From positions 1 through 64,000 of the forward strand of contig CALSCP010002461.1 of the NCBI GenBank assembly GCA_943704425.1: a stretch of DNA of 64,000 bases, written 5' to 3'. Shown here in pieces: positions 44,101-56,502 of the stretch (positions are counted from its first letter, which is position 1; every line of letters starts with the position of its first letter). Origin of the DNA: Ministeria vibrans ATCC 50519. Lineage: Eukaryota > Protista > Filasterea. A program made the translations under genes and the position numbers. Below the pieces are notes generated by a model, which worked only from the letters and a program-made list of their open reading frames with translations, was not told where the DNA came from and did not search any database.

Positions 44101-47100
44101 TGCGCAACGGCCAGCTCCATACGCGCCCCAACCACGTCGTCTACAGTGAACAGCAACCAGTGCAAAACCACGTCAACGAGCCACTTGAGGTTCTCGACAT
44201 GCTCCTCATTGAGCGCCTCGGACATGCCCGTCATGATGAGCTGCGACACTTCCAAGTTGTTGTGCGAGATGATCTGGAAGATCTTCTCAAGGTCCTTGTC
44301 ACAGTACTGCTCCTTCAAGCACTTGGTGAAAAATTCAAGAGTGCCACCAAAGAGCAGTTGCATCTCCAGCTCGGTCACCAGACGCGCATCGTCAGCACCG
44401 TTGCGCCACGCAGCGGCCGCCACTGCCTCGGCCACAGTGCTCTCATGCGACTTGACCATCACCTTGGCTGGTGAGGCACTGGACGGCGCTGCGCCCTGCA
44501 CAACACTAGACTGCTCGTCCTCCTCGACAAGGAAACCACCCGACTCGCTCACAACCACATGGCCCGTACCAGCACCACCGGCAGGAGACTTGATGGACGA
44601 CGGCGCCGCACTGCTCTTGTTGTTGTTGTTTTTGCTGTCTGCTGTGGCTGTCTTGTCATCCATCGAGCTCGTGTCCATGTCGGTGCAGCCCGCGTCGTAC
44701 TCGACGGTCGCACCGTCATGGTCACTCTCGTCGATGTTGTTGTTGTTGTTGTTGTTAGCGCAACTGTTCTCCGTCGCAATGGCCGTGTCAGCAGCGGCAT
44801 TGGCCGAGCGGAACTGTTTGATGAGTCGCTCATGCTTGAGCAACACCAATGCAAGCTCGCACACCACCTCAGCGATAGGCTTGAGTTCGACCGACGTGAA
44901 CTTGTCGCCCATGACAGTCACCTTGGCCTGCTCCTCGGCAGTCCGCAGCGCGTACAATGGCGAATCTCGCTCAAGGAAAAAGTCGACAAGAATGCGCACG
45001 GCACCCAAGTGCAGCAGCGCATACTGCTCCTCAATGCCCTGCTGGTGCAACTTGTGAATAAGCAGCAGGAACTGATCGAGGGACCGCCAGTGCGGGGGAG
45101 CCTCGGGCACACAGGCAAGCACAGCAGCCATGAAGCGCATGATGAGCGAGCGTGGTCGTGTCTTCACCACAATGCTCTTCGTCTCCTCGTCGCGCTCCTC
45201 CACCTGCTCCGTCTCGTGGTACCAAGTGACCTCGGAGGGACGCACAAGCGACACGACGTGATTGACGAGCGACAAGAAGTGATCACGCACATCAGCCACC
45301 GAGCAATTGAGGAACATGTGTCGAATCCACGCACCATTCTCGTCCGTCATCATCTCGAGAAACCACAGACAAGCAGGCAAGTGGCGGGCATAGTACTTCT
45401 CGAGCATCGACACCCACTCGCCCAGTGCTAGAATGGTGCGGTCCTTACTCACAGCGAGTGTCTCCACCACGTAGTACGTCGCCAACTTGATCTTGTAGAG
45501 CATCACGTCAAAGGGACGACCGTCGTCCCACATAAGATCGCCTGAGGGCGGGCGCTCGTAGGCCGTCGAGATGTCCTTCATGCAGTCCTCCCCATCCGAC
45601 ACCACCTTGTCAAGGTTTGCTTGGGCACTTGCCGCGTCACCATCGTCACCAAATGCGGCGACGACCGCTGCCGAGATGGACTCGGGTGTGGGTGTGATAG
45701 AACTGCGCAACATGTCACGCAAGAAGCCCGAATAGGCACTGTCAAAGACGTGAGTGTCACGCCAGAAGGCCATATTCTGCTTCCAGATGGACTCGCGAAT
45801 GGTGGGGTCCAGTGGTGCAGCTTGCTCGGGTGTCAAGTTAAGTGGATTCACTGTGTCATCGACGGACATGGTCGCCTCATCGGACGGGACAGTGGCAGGT
45901 GCAGGAGTGTCGTCAATGCGCTCGTAAAACAACATGTAGGCACTGTAAGGCTTGGGTGCCCACTGTGAGACCATTTTTTGCTGCATCTGATCCCACTGTT
46001 CAAGCGACTGTACTCCGCCATAGCACTGGTCGGCAATAAAGTCAGCGTCAAACTCCTCGACAGTGGAGTCATTGAACTGGTACCACGACAAAGGTTGACC
46101 TGGAAAGCGCGGCTCGCGCTCTCGCACAAACGAGTAGTAGTGACCCGAGTCAGCAGTGCCAGTGTGCACCAGAATACCCGACAGCTTAAAGCGGGTGTCG
46201 CCCTTGGCGACGGGCAGGGCGGCAAGAGCGGCTGCGGTGGTCTGGGCACGGGCAACGGCGACGGGGTCGGGCTCGCCCTGTGCAGAACCCACAGCATGCG
46301 CAGCGGCACTTGCGGCCGCCTCAGCGTCACGTCGTTGGATGCCGACGAGCGTGTACGGTTCCATGTCGAGCACTTCAGGAAACTCAATGTGGTCGTTGAT
46401 CTTGTAGCGACGCAGCGTGTCAAAGTCAAACTCGAAGCGCTTCAAGTGGACAATGAGGGTGCGCGGAAGAGTCTGCACACAGGCACGCTTGAGTGCGGCC
46501 ACCTTGCGGTCACACTTGGAGCAGTGGTACTTGTTGTCTCCATCGAGCATTTCACCCTCGCAGTAGAGCGCCAGGGACTCCAGCAGTGACTTCTTGTTCT
46601 TGACGTCGCACTGAATGGCAAAGTAGGGCTCTTCGCGTTCGCTGATATGATCGCAATCACGCGAAATGACTTGCTGCACAAGTTTGCCACCAAAATGATA
46701 CTTGAAAAGGTCTCGACGGGACGGCTCGATGGCATTTTCAAGGCGATCAAACAGCATGTTGAAGAACTCGTCCACGTCCATTTGCACCGCACAGTTCATG
46801 GGTTGCCCGTCGTAATCTTTGACGGCATTGCAAAAAGAACGGGTGTCGTAGGCGCGCTTCTCGCTCTCAAGCAGATGCGAATAGAGGCGTTGCAGCTGGT
46901 AGAGCAGGGAGTCACCCTTGTCCTCGTCGGGATTGGCTGGCTTGGCAGCGAGGAGGCCGCGTCGGAAGGCGGGTACCATAAAGAACTGTTGCAGGAGGGA
47001 GTTCATGTAGCAGGTGGCACCCTGGTTTTGAAGGCCAACGTATCCCGAGGAGGCGCGCTGCTGGAACTGCACCGAGTAGTACCAGCCGACGGAGCGCATG

Positions 47101-50100
47101 GCACGCGAGTGGTGCGCACACAGACGAGAGTAGAGCAGTCGGAAGTTGTCGGGAGAACCGACGATGAGCGTCTTGAGCAGACTGAAGGCGGCGCGACGCG
47201 TCGTCTCGTGCTTGCAGACGGGCGGACCGGACGGGCCGTGGTTCTCGACAGTGGGAATGTCAAAGAGACATCGATCGAAGAGGTCGTCAAGAACACGCAG
47301 TTGCTGCCCGACGTGGACCTTTGATGAGGTGGGTGAGCGACGCAAAAGCGTCTCGAGGAAGTAGAAGAGGCCACAGAGAACGTGGTCCTGTACGGTCTGA
47401 TCATTGCGCTCGAGTACAGGTCGTCGACGAATGGCTGCCGCAGCCTGCTGACAGAGACGCTGGGACTCTTGCGGGTCGGCGTGCTCGGCGACAAGGTCGC
47501 ACAGCAGGGAGAAGTACTGCTCACACGAGTCGGCAGCCGTACCTTCCTCCACGAGAGGTAGAAAGTCAATGAGCTGCCGCGACAGCACGTTGACCATGTC
47601 GAGCATGCGCTGGTTCACAGCGGTGGTGGTGGTCGCCGACGAATCAGCGGGATCCCCCTGTCCAGCGTCGCCCTCCACGACCACCATGGCGGCAGCAATG
47701 GGAAGACGTTTCCAAAGCGCACGCAGCGCCCACGATACTTGCATGCGAGTGTCTTCGTCGCCGGACAACAAGACGGCATGAAGCCACTGGGCAAGCTTGG
47801 GCTGTGCGCAGAAGGCCTGGAGTTCGCGCACTGAGCTGAGGCACAGACCCACAATGAGAGCCATAGTCTGACCACACACACCCTGTTGGCCAAGCTCGCC
47901 CAGATTGACAACGGTTGAGTCGACCGCACCGTTGGTGTCATCGTCGTCGTCGGGGACGGGGGAAGGGAGCAAGGGACCAATCTGGGGTCCATCCACAACA
48001 TCAAGGTCCATCGGCAACACATCGTTCGAGTCGCTCACCTGCCGTTGGTGCAGCACAGTGGCTTTGACAGCACGATCGGGCAGCGACAACATTGAAGCAA
48101 GGTTCATTTCGGCGACACTCATCAAAAGGTGCACAAAGGGCTCGTCACCACTGAGGCTTGACAGGGCACAGCCAGGGCGAAGCGGCAGCTCCTGAACGGT
48201 GCGTGCCGAAGAGGCATCGCGGTCGTCAGCGTAGTCAGCGCGAAACGAGAACGTGCCAAGCAGCTTGAGGAGGAGGCGAAGGCACGAGCGACGCAACTGG
48301 CGATCAATGGTACCCATGGAAGAACCGGCGGCGGACGTAAGACGCACAGCCTCACCAGTGCGCAACAAATGTACCAGATGGTGTACACCACCACGCTCCT
48401 CGAAGCGTGTACGCCAAGCGGAACACACGCTGTTCGTCTCGCCCTTGGCCTGCGCCAGACTCTCGACAATTTGCAGACAGTACAGCAACTTGAAGGTGCT
48501 GGCACCATCGAGGAGAGCCGACCAGCCCGTAGTGGGGTCTTCGGGGTTGTCGGGGAGCGCACGCAGACGCTCGAGCATGGCACGGTTGGTGGGCAGCTGC
48601 ATGATAATTTCCCAGGCGACCTGGGCGAGCCCGTCGCGTGGATGACGCAGAAGTGCAAACAACTGGTCAAAGTGATTCGCTTGCGAGAGCATTCGCATTG
48701 GAATGGCCGACGGTGGCTCGTCAATGACCATTTCGGACATCGTTGGCTCGGTGGGAATGTCGCCGTCCTTGACGCCATCTGCGACGGGTGGTGTTGTCGG
48801 GGGTGTATTGTCGTCGGACATGGACGTATCCTTGGTCACGGGACGCACAACGCCCGCCGAAGTCACCTCCATGACATCGCGCGAGGCGGCCGTCGTCGAG
48901 GGCGACAGGTACATGGTTTGAATGACCTCCTCGTCGACGACACCCACCTCGGCAAGGGTGCGCGTCTCCCACTCGCGCATGCAGTCCTTGCCCTTGCAAA
49001 CAAAGCGAAAGGAACCGTTGGTACGGTTCATGCGACGACGCAACTCGATCGAGGCTTGTGCGAGCGCATCACCAAAAGTGTCGTTACTGTAGAACTCGAG
49101 TTTGTGACGCACCATGCTGGTCGAAGTGAGTGAGAAGACAAGGCGAATGGGGTTGCCACGAGCGCGTGCACCGTGGCGCACCGTATTAGACTCGGCGAGC
49201 TCACGAGCATGCTTGTGCGAAAAGGTCTCGAGGAAGAGACGGATGAGCTTGAGCGAGCGTTCAATGAAGTAGCTGTGTTCCTGCGCGGCGGCCGGGTCGC
49301 TCTGTTCAGCGGCCCAGGCGGCCGCCAGGCGACGCATGCTTTCTTCGACAAACTCTTTGCGTCGCTCGCGCACCTGATCGCTGTTGAAGTTGTCGGGTGC
49401 CAGATTGAGATACAGTTGAATGAGCAGTGTGGACGAGTCTTTGGCGACAGTCTCGTCGGTGGCCGACAGAGCAAACATCCAGATTTGCTCGAGACCAATA
49501 AGATTGGGCGAGAGGACCAACGGCTCGCCGCCGTAGTGGTCAGGCTCGCGGTAGTGATTGGCACGACGATTGACACGGATGAACATCTTCTGAACAAGCC
49601 TGTAGGTGACACCAATGACATGGCGGAAATCCATGTTGGGCACACAGACGCGGAAGAGATGCTCGAGAACATCGGTCGACAGGGCATTGGCGCGACCCGA
49701 CAGCTGCGACTCGAACCAAAGGACGCATTTCTCTTGCTCCTCCTCGGTGAACGCGTCGATGACACACGAGTTCCAGAGTGCCTCGGCGTTGCTTGGCGTG
49801 AGCTGCACGGGAAACTCGAGGGTGGATTGACCAATAATGAAGGCGAGAAACTCGAGACGACCAGCAAGATGAACGCCATAGTAATCGCGGCAGATGAGTG
49901 GGTGCATCTTGGCCAGAGCAACACGAGCACTGCGATCTGTCTCACGACCATTGAGCATGCCAATGCGGAAGAATTCGGGCAGTGCGTGTTCCTTGAAGTG
50001 CACCAGGTCCTCAAAGAGCAAGTCTAGAAAGTTGTTGGCCTTGAGAAAGGACGCAATGACCTCGGCAACGGTGGGCACACGGTCGGGGTTATCAAGGTCC

Positions 50101-52070
50101 AGGTGGGTGTCAAGAGCAGCATCGGCAGCAGAAGTATTAGCAGCAGCGGTAGCTGCAGTAGCTGCTGCATCGAGGGACGAAGAGGAGGGCGATGGGGCAC
50201 CGCCGGAGGAGGCGGTGACATTTCGCAAGCGCTGTTGTGTGTGTGCCGACGTGACGGGGAAGGAGCTGAAGATTTTCATCATTACCAGGAGCGAGTCGTA
50301 GACGGTGGTGTGACGACGGACATTGTCGAGGCAACGTTGGAGAAAGAGGGTGGCGAAGGGACGAGCACCCCTCAGCTCAAGGGCATTGGAAAGCATGCGA
50401 CGTGCGTGGTGCGCGAGGTCCGAAGAGACCGCCGTGTCATCTTGAACGAGAGTCCAAAAGATGTCCAGTCCATAGGAGTGGTTTGATACGGGCTGGTCGA
50501 GACCGGGCGAAAAGGCGTCTGTGGTGATGCGATTGACAAGCTGAAGCGTCTGCAGATCGTACGACTCGGTAGTGAGCTTGGCAATGCGGTTGTAGAAAAG
50601 ATGATCCACTTGATCGGGTTGTAAGTCACCCGGCAGTTCGCCCAGCACCGAAAAGAGCACATGTTGATACGACTCGTGCTGTCCCTACATAAAACAAATG
50701 AGTGAGTGAGTGAGTGAGTGAGTGTGTATGAAATGTGAACTAAGCAATTTTTCCGATACCTCCATGGAACCCCAAACCAAATCGAGATCGGCGGTGGTCA
50801 GCGAATTGGTGGAGGCAAGAAGACGAAGAATGTCAACGGAGCGACGCACCACTTCGGTGTGAACGTGGTCACGGAACATGTGTGTGAGAAGATCGTTGTC
50901 ACGCACAAACTGGACCAGGTGTTGGGGTGTGAGCCAGAAGACGGGAGGCTCGCGTGCGGGCTGTTGCGGTTGCATTGGACGATGATGAGGGTTCTGCAGT
51001 TGATACTGGCGCTGACGTGCGTCGGCGCGTGCAATGTCTTGGGCGATGTAGACATTTTGGATGTGTTCGCGAAACTCGCTCATTGCAAAGACACGCTTGT
51101 CCATGATGGAGGAGCGGAAACAGCGGTTAGCAAGTTCCAGGGCGAATCGCTCGGCGGTCTCGGCGGCCTCATTAAAAGGCAAGGTAGAATGGACGAGGTC
51201 GGTGAAGACGAGACGCACGCGAGCGAGCGACTGCTTGTCCTCGACCTTGAGTTGGTCCTCGGAGAGCGCGAGAATGAAGGAGGAGACGAGAGGCACAATC
51301 TTATGGGCCAAGTTGGTGGCAAAGGCCGAGTCGAGGTGATTGGCAGGGCGAGACAAGAGGAGCAAGAGGGCGCGAAGGCTGCCGAGCGAGAGGAAGTGTT
51401 TCTTGTTGGCGACCGAGAGGCGAAGGCGTTCGACGGCATTGGCAAAGCCATGAAGGGTGTGAAAGACGTTGATGTTGTCGAGGAGAAAGGAAGGGGTGTC
51501 GTCGTTGGCATTCGGGGTGCGGGTGACAACGCGCAACTTTGAGCCATTGGCGGCGGTGGAGGAGTGCGAGTAGTGAGGGCCCGAATGGTGCAAGTAGAAG
51601 GCATTGTACTTGTCGAAGAGGAGGCGCGACGTGATCTCGTAAAGGAGGGGGAAGTCGCATGTCTTGATCGACTGTGCAACAAAGGCAACGGCAGCTTGGA
51701 AAAGATCCTGAACGGCGATTGCCGCCTGGTCGGTGTGCTGAGGGTTGCGCTTGATGAGTGCGACCAGACAGGTCGGAAGGCCCTCATTGAGAAAGTATGA
51801 ATGGGCGTCGGAAAGAGGCGCCTGGGGGTTGAAGTTTTTGGTGACCTCGTTAAACATGGCGCGCACAGTGTTGCAAGCGAGGAGAGCATCGTCATCTACA
51901 GCAATAATACAATAAAATTAGATTGTTGTTGTCGACGAGACGCAATCTCCTTCTTCTTCTTCTTCTTCTCTCTCTGTCTCACCTCGCTTGAGAATCTCGC
52001 TGCAATTGAAAACGCGCTCTTTGCATTCGTCAAGGGCTTGTCGAGCTGCTGCCTGAGCTGCATCTTGCAT
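41113..52070 (-). CDS. Very large USP9/USP24/USP34-family deubiquitinase
   Basis: Cys box GYVGLQNQGATCYMNSLLQQ, QMDVDEFF, HLKRFEFD, His box GILVHTGTADSGHYYSF, WYQFND; ubiquitin-like segment; one exon of ~7.5 kb; first in-frame ATG at 52070. Confidence 0.9.
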
Positions 52071-52597
52071 ATCTGTCAAGCGGGACGAACAAGATGGAAA
52101 GTAGTGAGAGGTTGAGGAACATTGAGAGAATAATATCTCACGCGCCAGTCGGGCGCGACTGTTGGGTGGGGGGGGAGGGGAGGGCGGGACATCGTTGGCT
52201 CATACTGAGACAGGCAATCGAGGAGGGGTGGGGTGCAAGGGAATGAGAGGGAAGAGAGCGAAAAAATAAAATAAAAAATATAATAATGACTGTCATTTGG
52301 ACAGAAAGAATGAGAATGAGCAGCTGTTGAGTGAGTGGACGGAGAAGAATGCAATGCGGGGGAAGGGTTGGGGGGTGGGGTGAATGAAGGGGCGCAGAGG
52401 ACGAGGAAGGAGAGGCAAAGGAGAGTTGATGTTCGTGAAACGGTCGACTGGAGTCGTGTCGACACGCTCGCACGCGCATCGTGGGGGGCGCCAGGGGGCA
52501 GCAGACGGTGGGAGAAACCGCACTGGGGCATTCGAGATGGACGCGGCAGGACGCCACAGCGCAGCGCGAGAGAACAGGAGACGGACGAAGATCATCA

Positions 52598-52632
<35 letters not shown>

Positions 52633-52671
52633 AAAAGGGAAAGGAAAAGAAAAAAATGAGTGCGCGCTGAC

Positions 52672-52846
52672 CTTTCTTGGTCTTCTTGTCGGCAGCAGCG
52701 GCAGCGGCAGCGACAGCAGCGGGATCAACCACATCGTCGAGTTCAATGCCAAACTGGAAACAGAGCTCTTCCACTTCAGGATTGGTCATGGCCGGACGTC
52801 CAATGGCTGCCAGGAAGGGCGTCTTGTCGACAGCTACAGTTGGCAT
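52672..52846 (-). CDS. FARSB: FARSB exon 1, detached by 16 kb from exon 2
   Basis: MPTVAVDKTPFLAAIGR...EELCFQFGIELD is the typical eukaryotic PheRS-beta N-terminus; phase-1 GTCAGC donor at 52671. Confidence 0.88.
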
Positions 52847-52952
52847 CTTGGCGGTTTCGATCGGCACAAATTTATGTGTTTAGTGAATTAGTGTGGTGTG
52901 AGAATATTCAAAGTATCTAATGACTATAATAATTATTCATCATTGTTTTTGA

Positions 52953-54275
52953 ATGTCTTTTCTCTTATTCTTTGCCCTCCTGCCTCTTCACCTGGCTGGC
53001 GCCCTCGACTGCTCAATCACAGACTATGGCGCTGTGGGGGACAACTCTACGCTTAACACAATCGCCTTCCAGCGTGCTATTTCGGACTGGTACAGTTGTG
53101 CGTGTGAGTTGTCAACATCTCAATGCCCCTCTGTCTCTCCTTCTCTCTCTGTGTGTGTCTCTCTCGTCACCTATAGCCACTCACGCTCGCCACTTGCCTC
53201 GACTGTGATTGTGCCGTCAGGTGGCATCTTTGTGACTGCCCCGTTCAACCTCACATCCAACATGACACTGCGTGTGGACGGCACACTGGCCGGCTCAACC
53301 AATGCGATGGACTACCCTCTCGTCCGTTCCTTACCGGTCTCAAGCAAACCCATGTGGCAGGCTCTCGTTGCCGTCTACTACGCCGAGAACGTTGCCATTG
53401 TGGGCACAGGCACCATAGACGGTCGAGGAGCGCCGTGGTGGCGAAATTTCACGGCGGGCACGCTGAAACACCAGCGTCCAAAACTCGTCGAGCCAGTCTA
53501 CGTGCGCAACCTCACCATTGCCAACGTGACCCTACGCGACTCTCCCTTCTGGACACTGCACCCAACCTTTTGCCAGGACGTCGTTATCCGCGGCGTGACC
53601 ACCCTGGCTCCACGGCCCGTGGGCAACACAGACGGCATAGACGTGGACGCGTGTCAGGATGTCCTTGTGGAAGAGTGTCATGTGGACGTGGGCGACGACG
53701 GCATCTGCGTCAAGAGCGGCACCGACTTTTCTGGCAAAGCAGTCATGGCGGCGCGCATTCTCATCCGCCATTGCAACATTGTGTCGCGCAACTTTGCCAT
53801 TGGCTCGGACACAAGTGGCGGGATTGTCAATGTCACGCTCGAAGACACACGCATCGGAAACGACCAAGGCTCATCGCCGTGGGCCATTAAAATCAAATCT
53901 CACGAGGCATATACCACCGCCGTGCGCAACATTACCTTCCAGCGCATTCAGATGGGCCGCATTGCCCCGAACACATACCAACAGCCCAACGGCGGCACAG
54001 CCATCCAGATGTACATGACATACGGTTCACCACCATCACCATCACCATCCCGTGTCCATACCATCTTTGCACCCATCTTCAGCGGCATTGCTTTCATCAA
54101 TGTCACCGCAACCAGTGCCGTGGCGCCTGGTTCCCTTGTGGGACTCGCCCAGTCGCCCATTCACCAGCTTACCCTCCAAAACGTCGACATTCCGTCCGCT
54201 CACTCGTGGCACTGCCAATTTGTCGACCCACCCCGTGTTGCCCGCAATGTCACTCCGCCATTTTGTAAAACATAA
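52953..54275 (+). CDS. Secreted GH28 polygalacturonase-like enzyme
   Basis: Signal peptide, ITDYGAVGD, GTGTIDGRG, DSPFWTLHP, NTDGID, GDDGICVKSG, AIGS, KIKS; one in-frame intron 53090-53176. Confidence 0.88.
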   Translation: MSFLLFFALLPLHLAGALDCSITDYGAVGDNSTLNTIAFQRAISDWYSCACELSTSQCPSVSPSLSVCVSLVTYSHSRSPLASTVIVPSGGIFVTAPFNLTSNMTLRVDGTLAGSTNAMDYPLVRSLPVSSKPMWQALVAVYYAENVAIVGTGTIDGRGAPWWRNFTAGTLKHQRPKLVEPVYVRNLTIANVTLRDSPFWTLHPTFCQDVVIRGVTTLAPRPVGNTDGIDVDACQDVLVEECHVDVGDDGICVKSGTDFSGKAVMAARILIRHCNIVSRNFAIGSDTSGGIVNVTLEDTRIGNDQGSSPWAIKIKSHEAYTTAVRNITFQRIQMGRIAPNTYQQPNGGTAIQMYMTYGSPPSPSPSRVHTIFAPIFSGIAFINVTATSAVAPGSLVGLAQSPIHQLTLQNVDIPSAHSWHCQFVDPPRVARNVTPPFCKT

Positions 54276-54380
54276 CAAACTCACAAAATAATGTTTTTTT
54301 TCCGGTATACTTATATTGATTTGTAATGTACTACGTGAGTGGAGTGAGTGAGTGTGTGTGTGTGTGTGTGTTTGGTTCGT

Positions 54381-56203
54381 TCAGCGTCGTCTGTCGCGGT
54401 CTCGGTCATAATCTCGTTCTCGCTGGTACGACGATGAAGATGAGGAAGACGACGGTCGGTCTCTCTCTCGGTAGTGTCCGCGTGAGTCTCTTTGTGAGTC
54501 TCTGTGCGAGTCTCGGTGCGAGCCTCTGTGTGAGTCCCTGTGAGAGTCTCTGTGCGAGTCCCTGTGAGAGTCTCTGTGCGAGTCCCTGTGAGAGTCTCTG
54601 TGCGAGTCCCTGTGAGAGTAGTCTTTGCGTGCATCTCCGTCGCGCGAGCGCTCATGAGGGGCATCGTCTGCGTACTTTGCACGCTCCTTCTCTCTCTTTC
54701 TGCGCTCCCTGCGCGCCTCCTCCTCATCAAACACCATCGCATAGTCCTTGCCGCCATGCTGTCCATGGCCACCCTTGCGCCCTTCCTTTAGCACCATCCG
54801 CGCACCTCCACCTCCTCCGCTCTTGTGCCCGCCTGCACCCCCCACACGCGACACACTCTGACTGAAATCCACCATAATCCGTCGGTCGTCAATCAGCACA
54901 TTGTTCATCTTGAAATACGCCTCTGCCAAAGTACAAAAAAAACGGGTTATCACACACAATTCAAAAAAAAAGCTCCTACTCACCTTCACAGTCCTTTTCC
55001 TTCTCAAACTCCACAAATGCGTATTGAAGAGAATCGCCCGTTTTCGCATCGCGAATAATCTCACAACTGAAAAAAGCAGTTGAATCACTTAATCACTCAC
55101 TCGTGTACATATATATATACATAATTATATATATTATATATATATTATACACTACCACCCACAGATACCTTTTGATTGGTCCAAAACGACCAAAAATCAT
55201 TTCCAAGTCGGCGTCGCGGGTGACGGGATTGAGCTTACACACAAAGAGAACTGTGTCGGGCGGTCGCACATCCGCATCTGCAATGTCCCCAACCATCTCC
55301 AGAATCTGCGCCCGCGCCTGCGCCTCCCGCTGTGCTATCAGCTCCGCCATCTCTTCTTCCGTCCTACACAACAGCAGCAACAGCATTGAGAAATTTGTGT
55401 GGTTTCTGTCTCTCTTATTTTTTTCTCCTCCCTCGTACGTACTTTCCTTCAAGATCATCAATGTTCTCGTCGTCGGCAATGCGAACAGTCTGCAATACAC
55501 AACCATTGATGTTAGGGAAGGGGGGCGGGGGGGGTTCGTTGCTATTCGATTCGATTTGTCTCTTTCTCACGAATGTCTCACCTTGAGCTGTTCGTCGGTT
55601 GGCTCGGGGGAGCGCGAGGGCGCGCGAAAGTTAGGAGGATCGTCAAAGGGATCGTCGAGGACAATGGTGTGCTTGATGCGGATGTCCTGGTAGGGCCGGT
55701 GGTCTTTGTCGGTGAAGGCAGCATTGATCTTGTCCAGCGTCGCAAACGACTCGTCCTCGACCACCCGCCCAAATACGGTGTGCCGTCCATCGAGGTAGTC
55801 GAGGTTGTCGGCAAGCGTAATGAAGAACTGCGAGCCGTTGCAGTCGGGCCCGCGCGACGCCATGCTCACCGTCCCGCGCTGCGTGTGCTTCAGATGCTTG
55901 TGCTTCTCGTCGACGAAAAACCGCTTCGCTGCGCCCTGCAGCTGCCTGGAGAGGACACACAAACACAGTCAGTCGCCGCACACACACACATACACACACG
56001 TGCGTCGCTACCCGTAGATGGAGTCGCCGCCATCGGCACGCCCCAGCGGATCGCCCGTTTGCGCAATGAAGTTTTGCTCGACGCGATGAAACGGCGAGAA
56101 GTTGTAGTACTTGGCGGTGCACAGCTTAAGGAAGTTGGTGGTCGCTGTCAACGTACACACACGAGAGAGGGGAGAGAGGGGAGGGTGAGGGAAGAGAGAG
56201 ATA

Positions 56204-56295
<92 letters not shown>

Positions 56296-56401
56296 AGAGA
56301 AGGAACAGATTGACACAAACGTTCGTCGTACTAATGGGACAATCATCCACAAAGAGATCAATAGTAATGTCCCCAAGGGAGGTTTCAATAAGGACCGACA
56401 T
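54381..56401 (-). CDS. PPIL4: Cyclophilin-RRM protein PPIL4
   Basis: [79 protein letters not shown]; Arg/Asp-rich tail. Confidence 0.93.
54482..54620 (-). repeat. Coding 12-bp minisatellite encoding (RDSH)n
   Basis: About 11 HRDS units, with a 24-bp periodicity at DNA level. Confidence 0.9.
56162..56300. repeat. (GA)n microsatellite, intronic
   Basis: Directly visible. Confidence 0.95.
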
Positions 56402-56502
56402 TACCAAACAAAAGAAAAGAATTTGAAGGTGAAGACAAACAATTTCCCTTTGAGTGTTGAGATTTGAGTGAATATTGAATAAAATTATTATTTTTTTGTG
56501 AG

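Noticed and set aside
43103-51895. Many long antisense or alternate-frame ORFs over the USP, FARSB, LysRS and ADAMTS-like genes
   Set aside because: Expected shadows of GC-rich coding sequence; no recognisable motifs
52142-52192. MSRPPLPP... as USP coding exon 1
   Set aside because: Its phase-0 donor puts the downstream exons in the wrong frame
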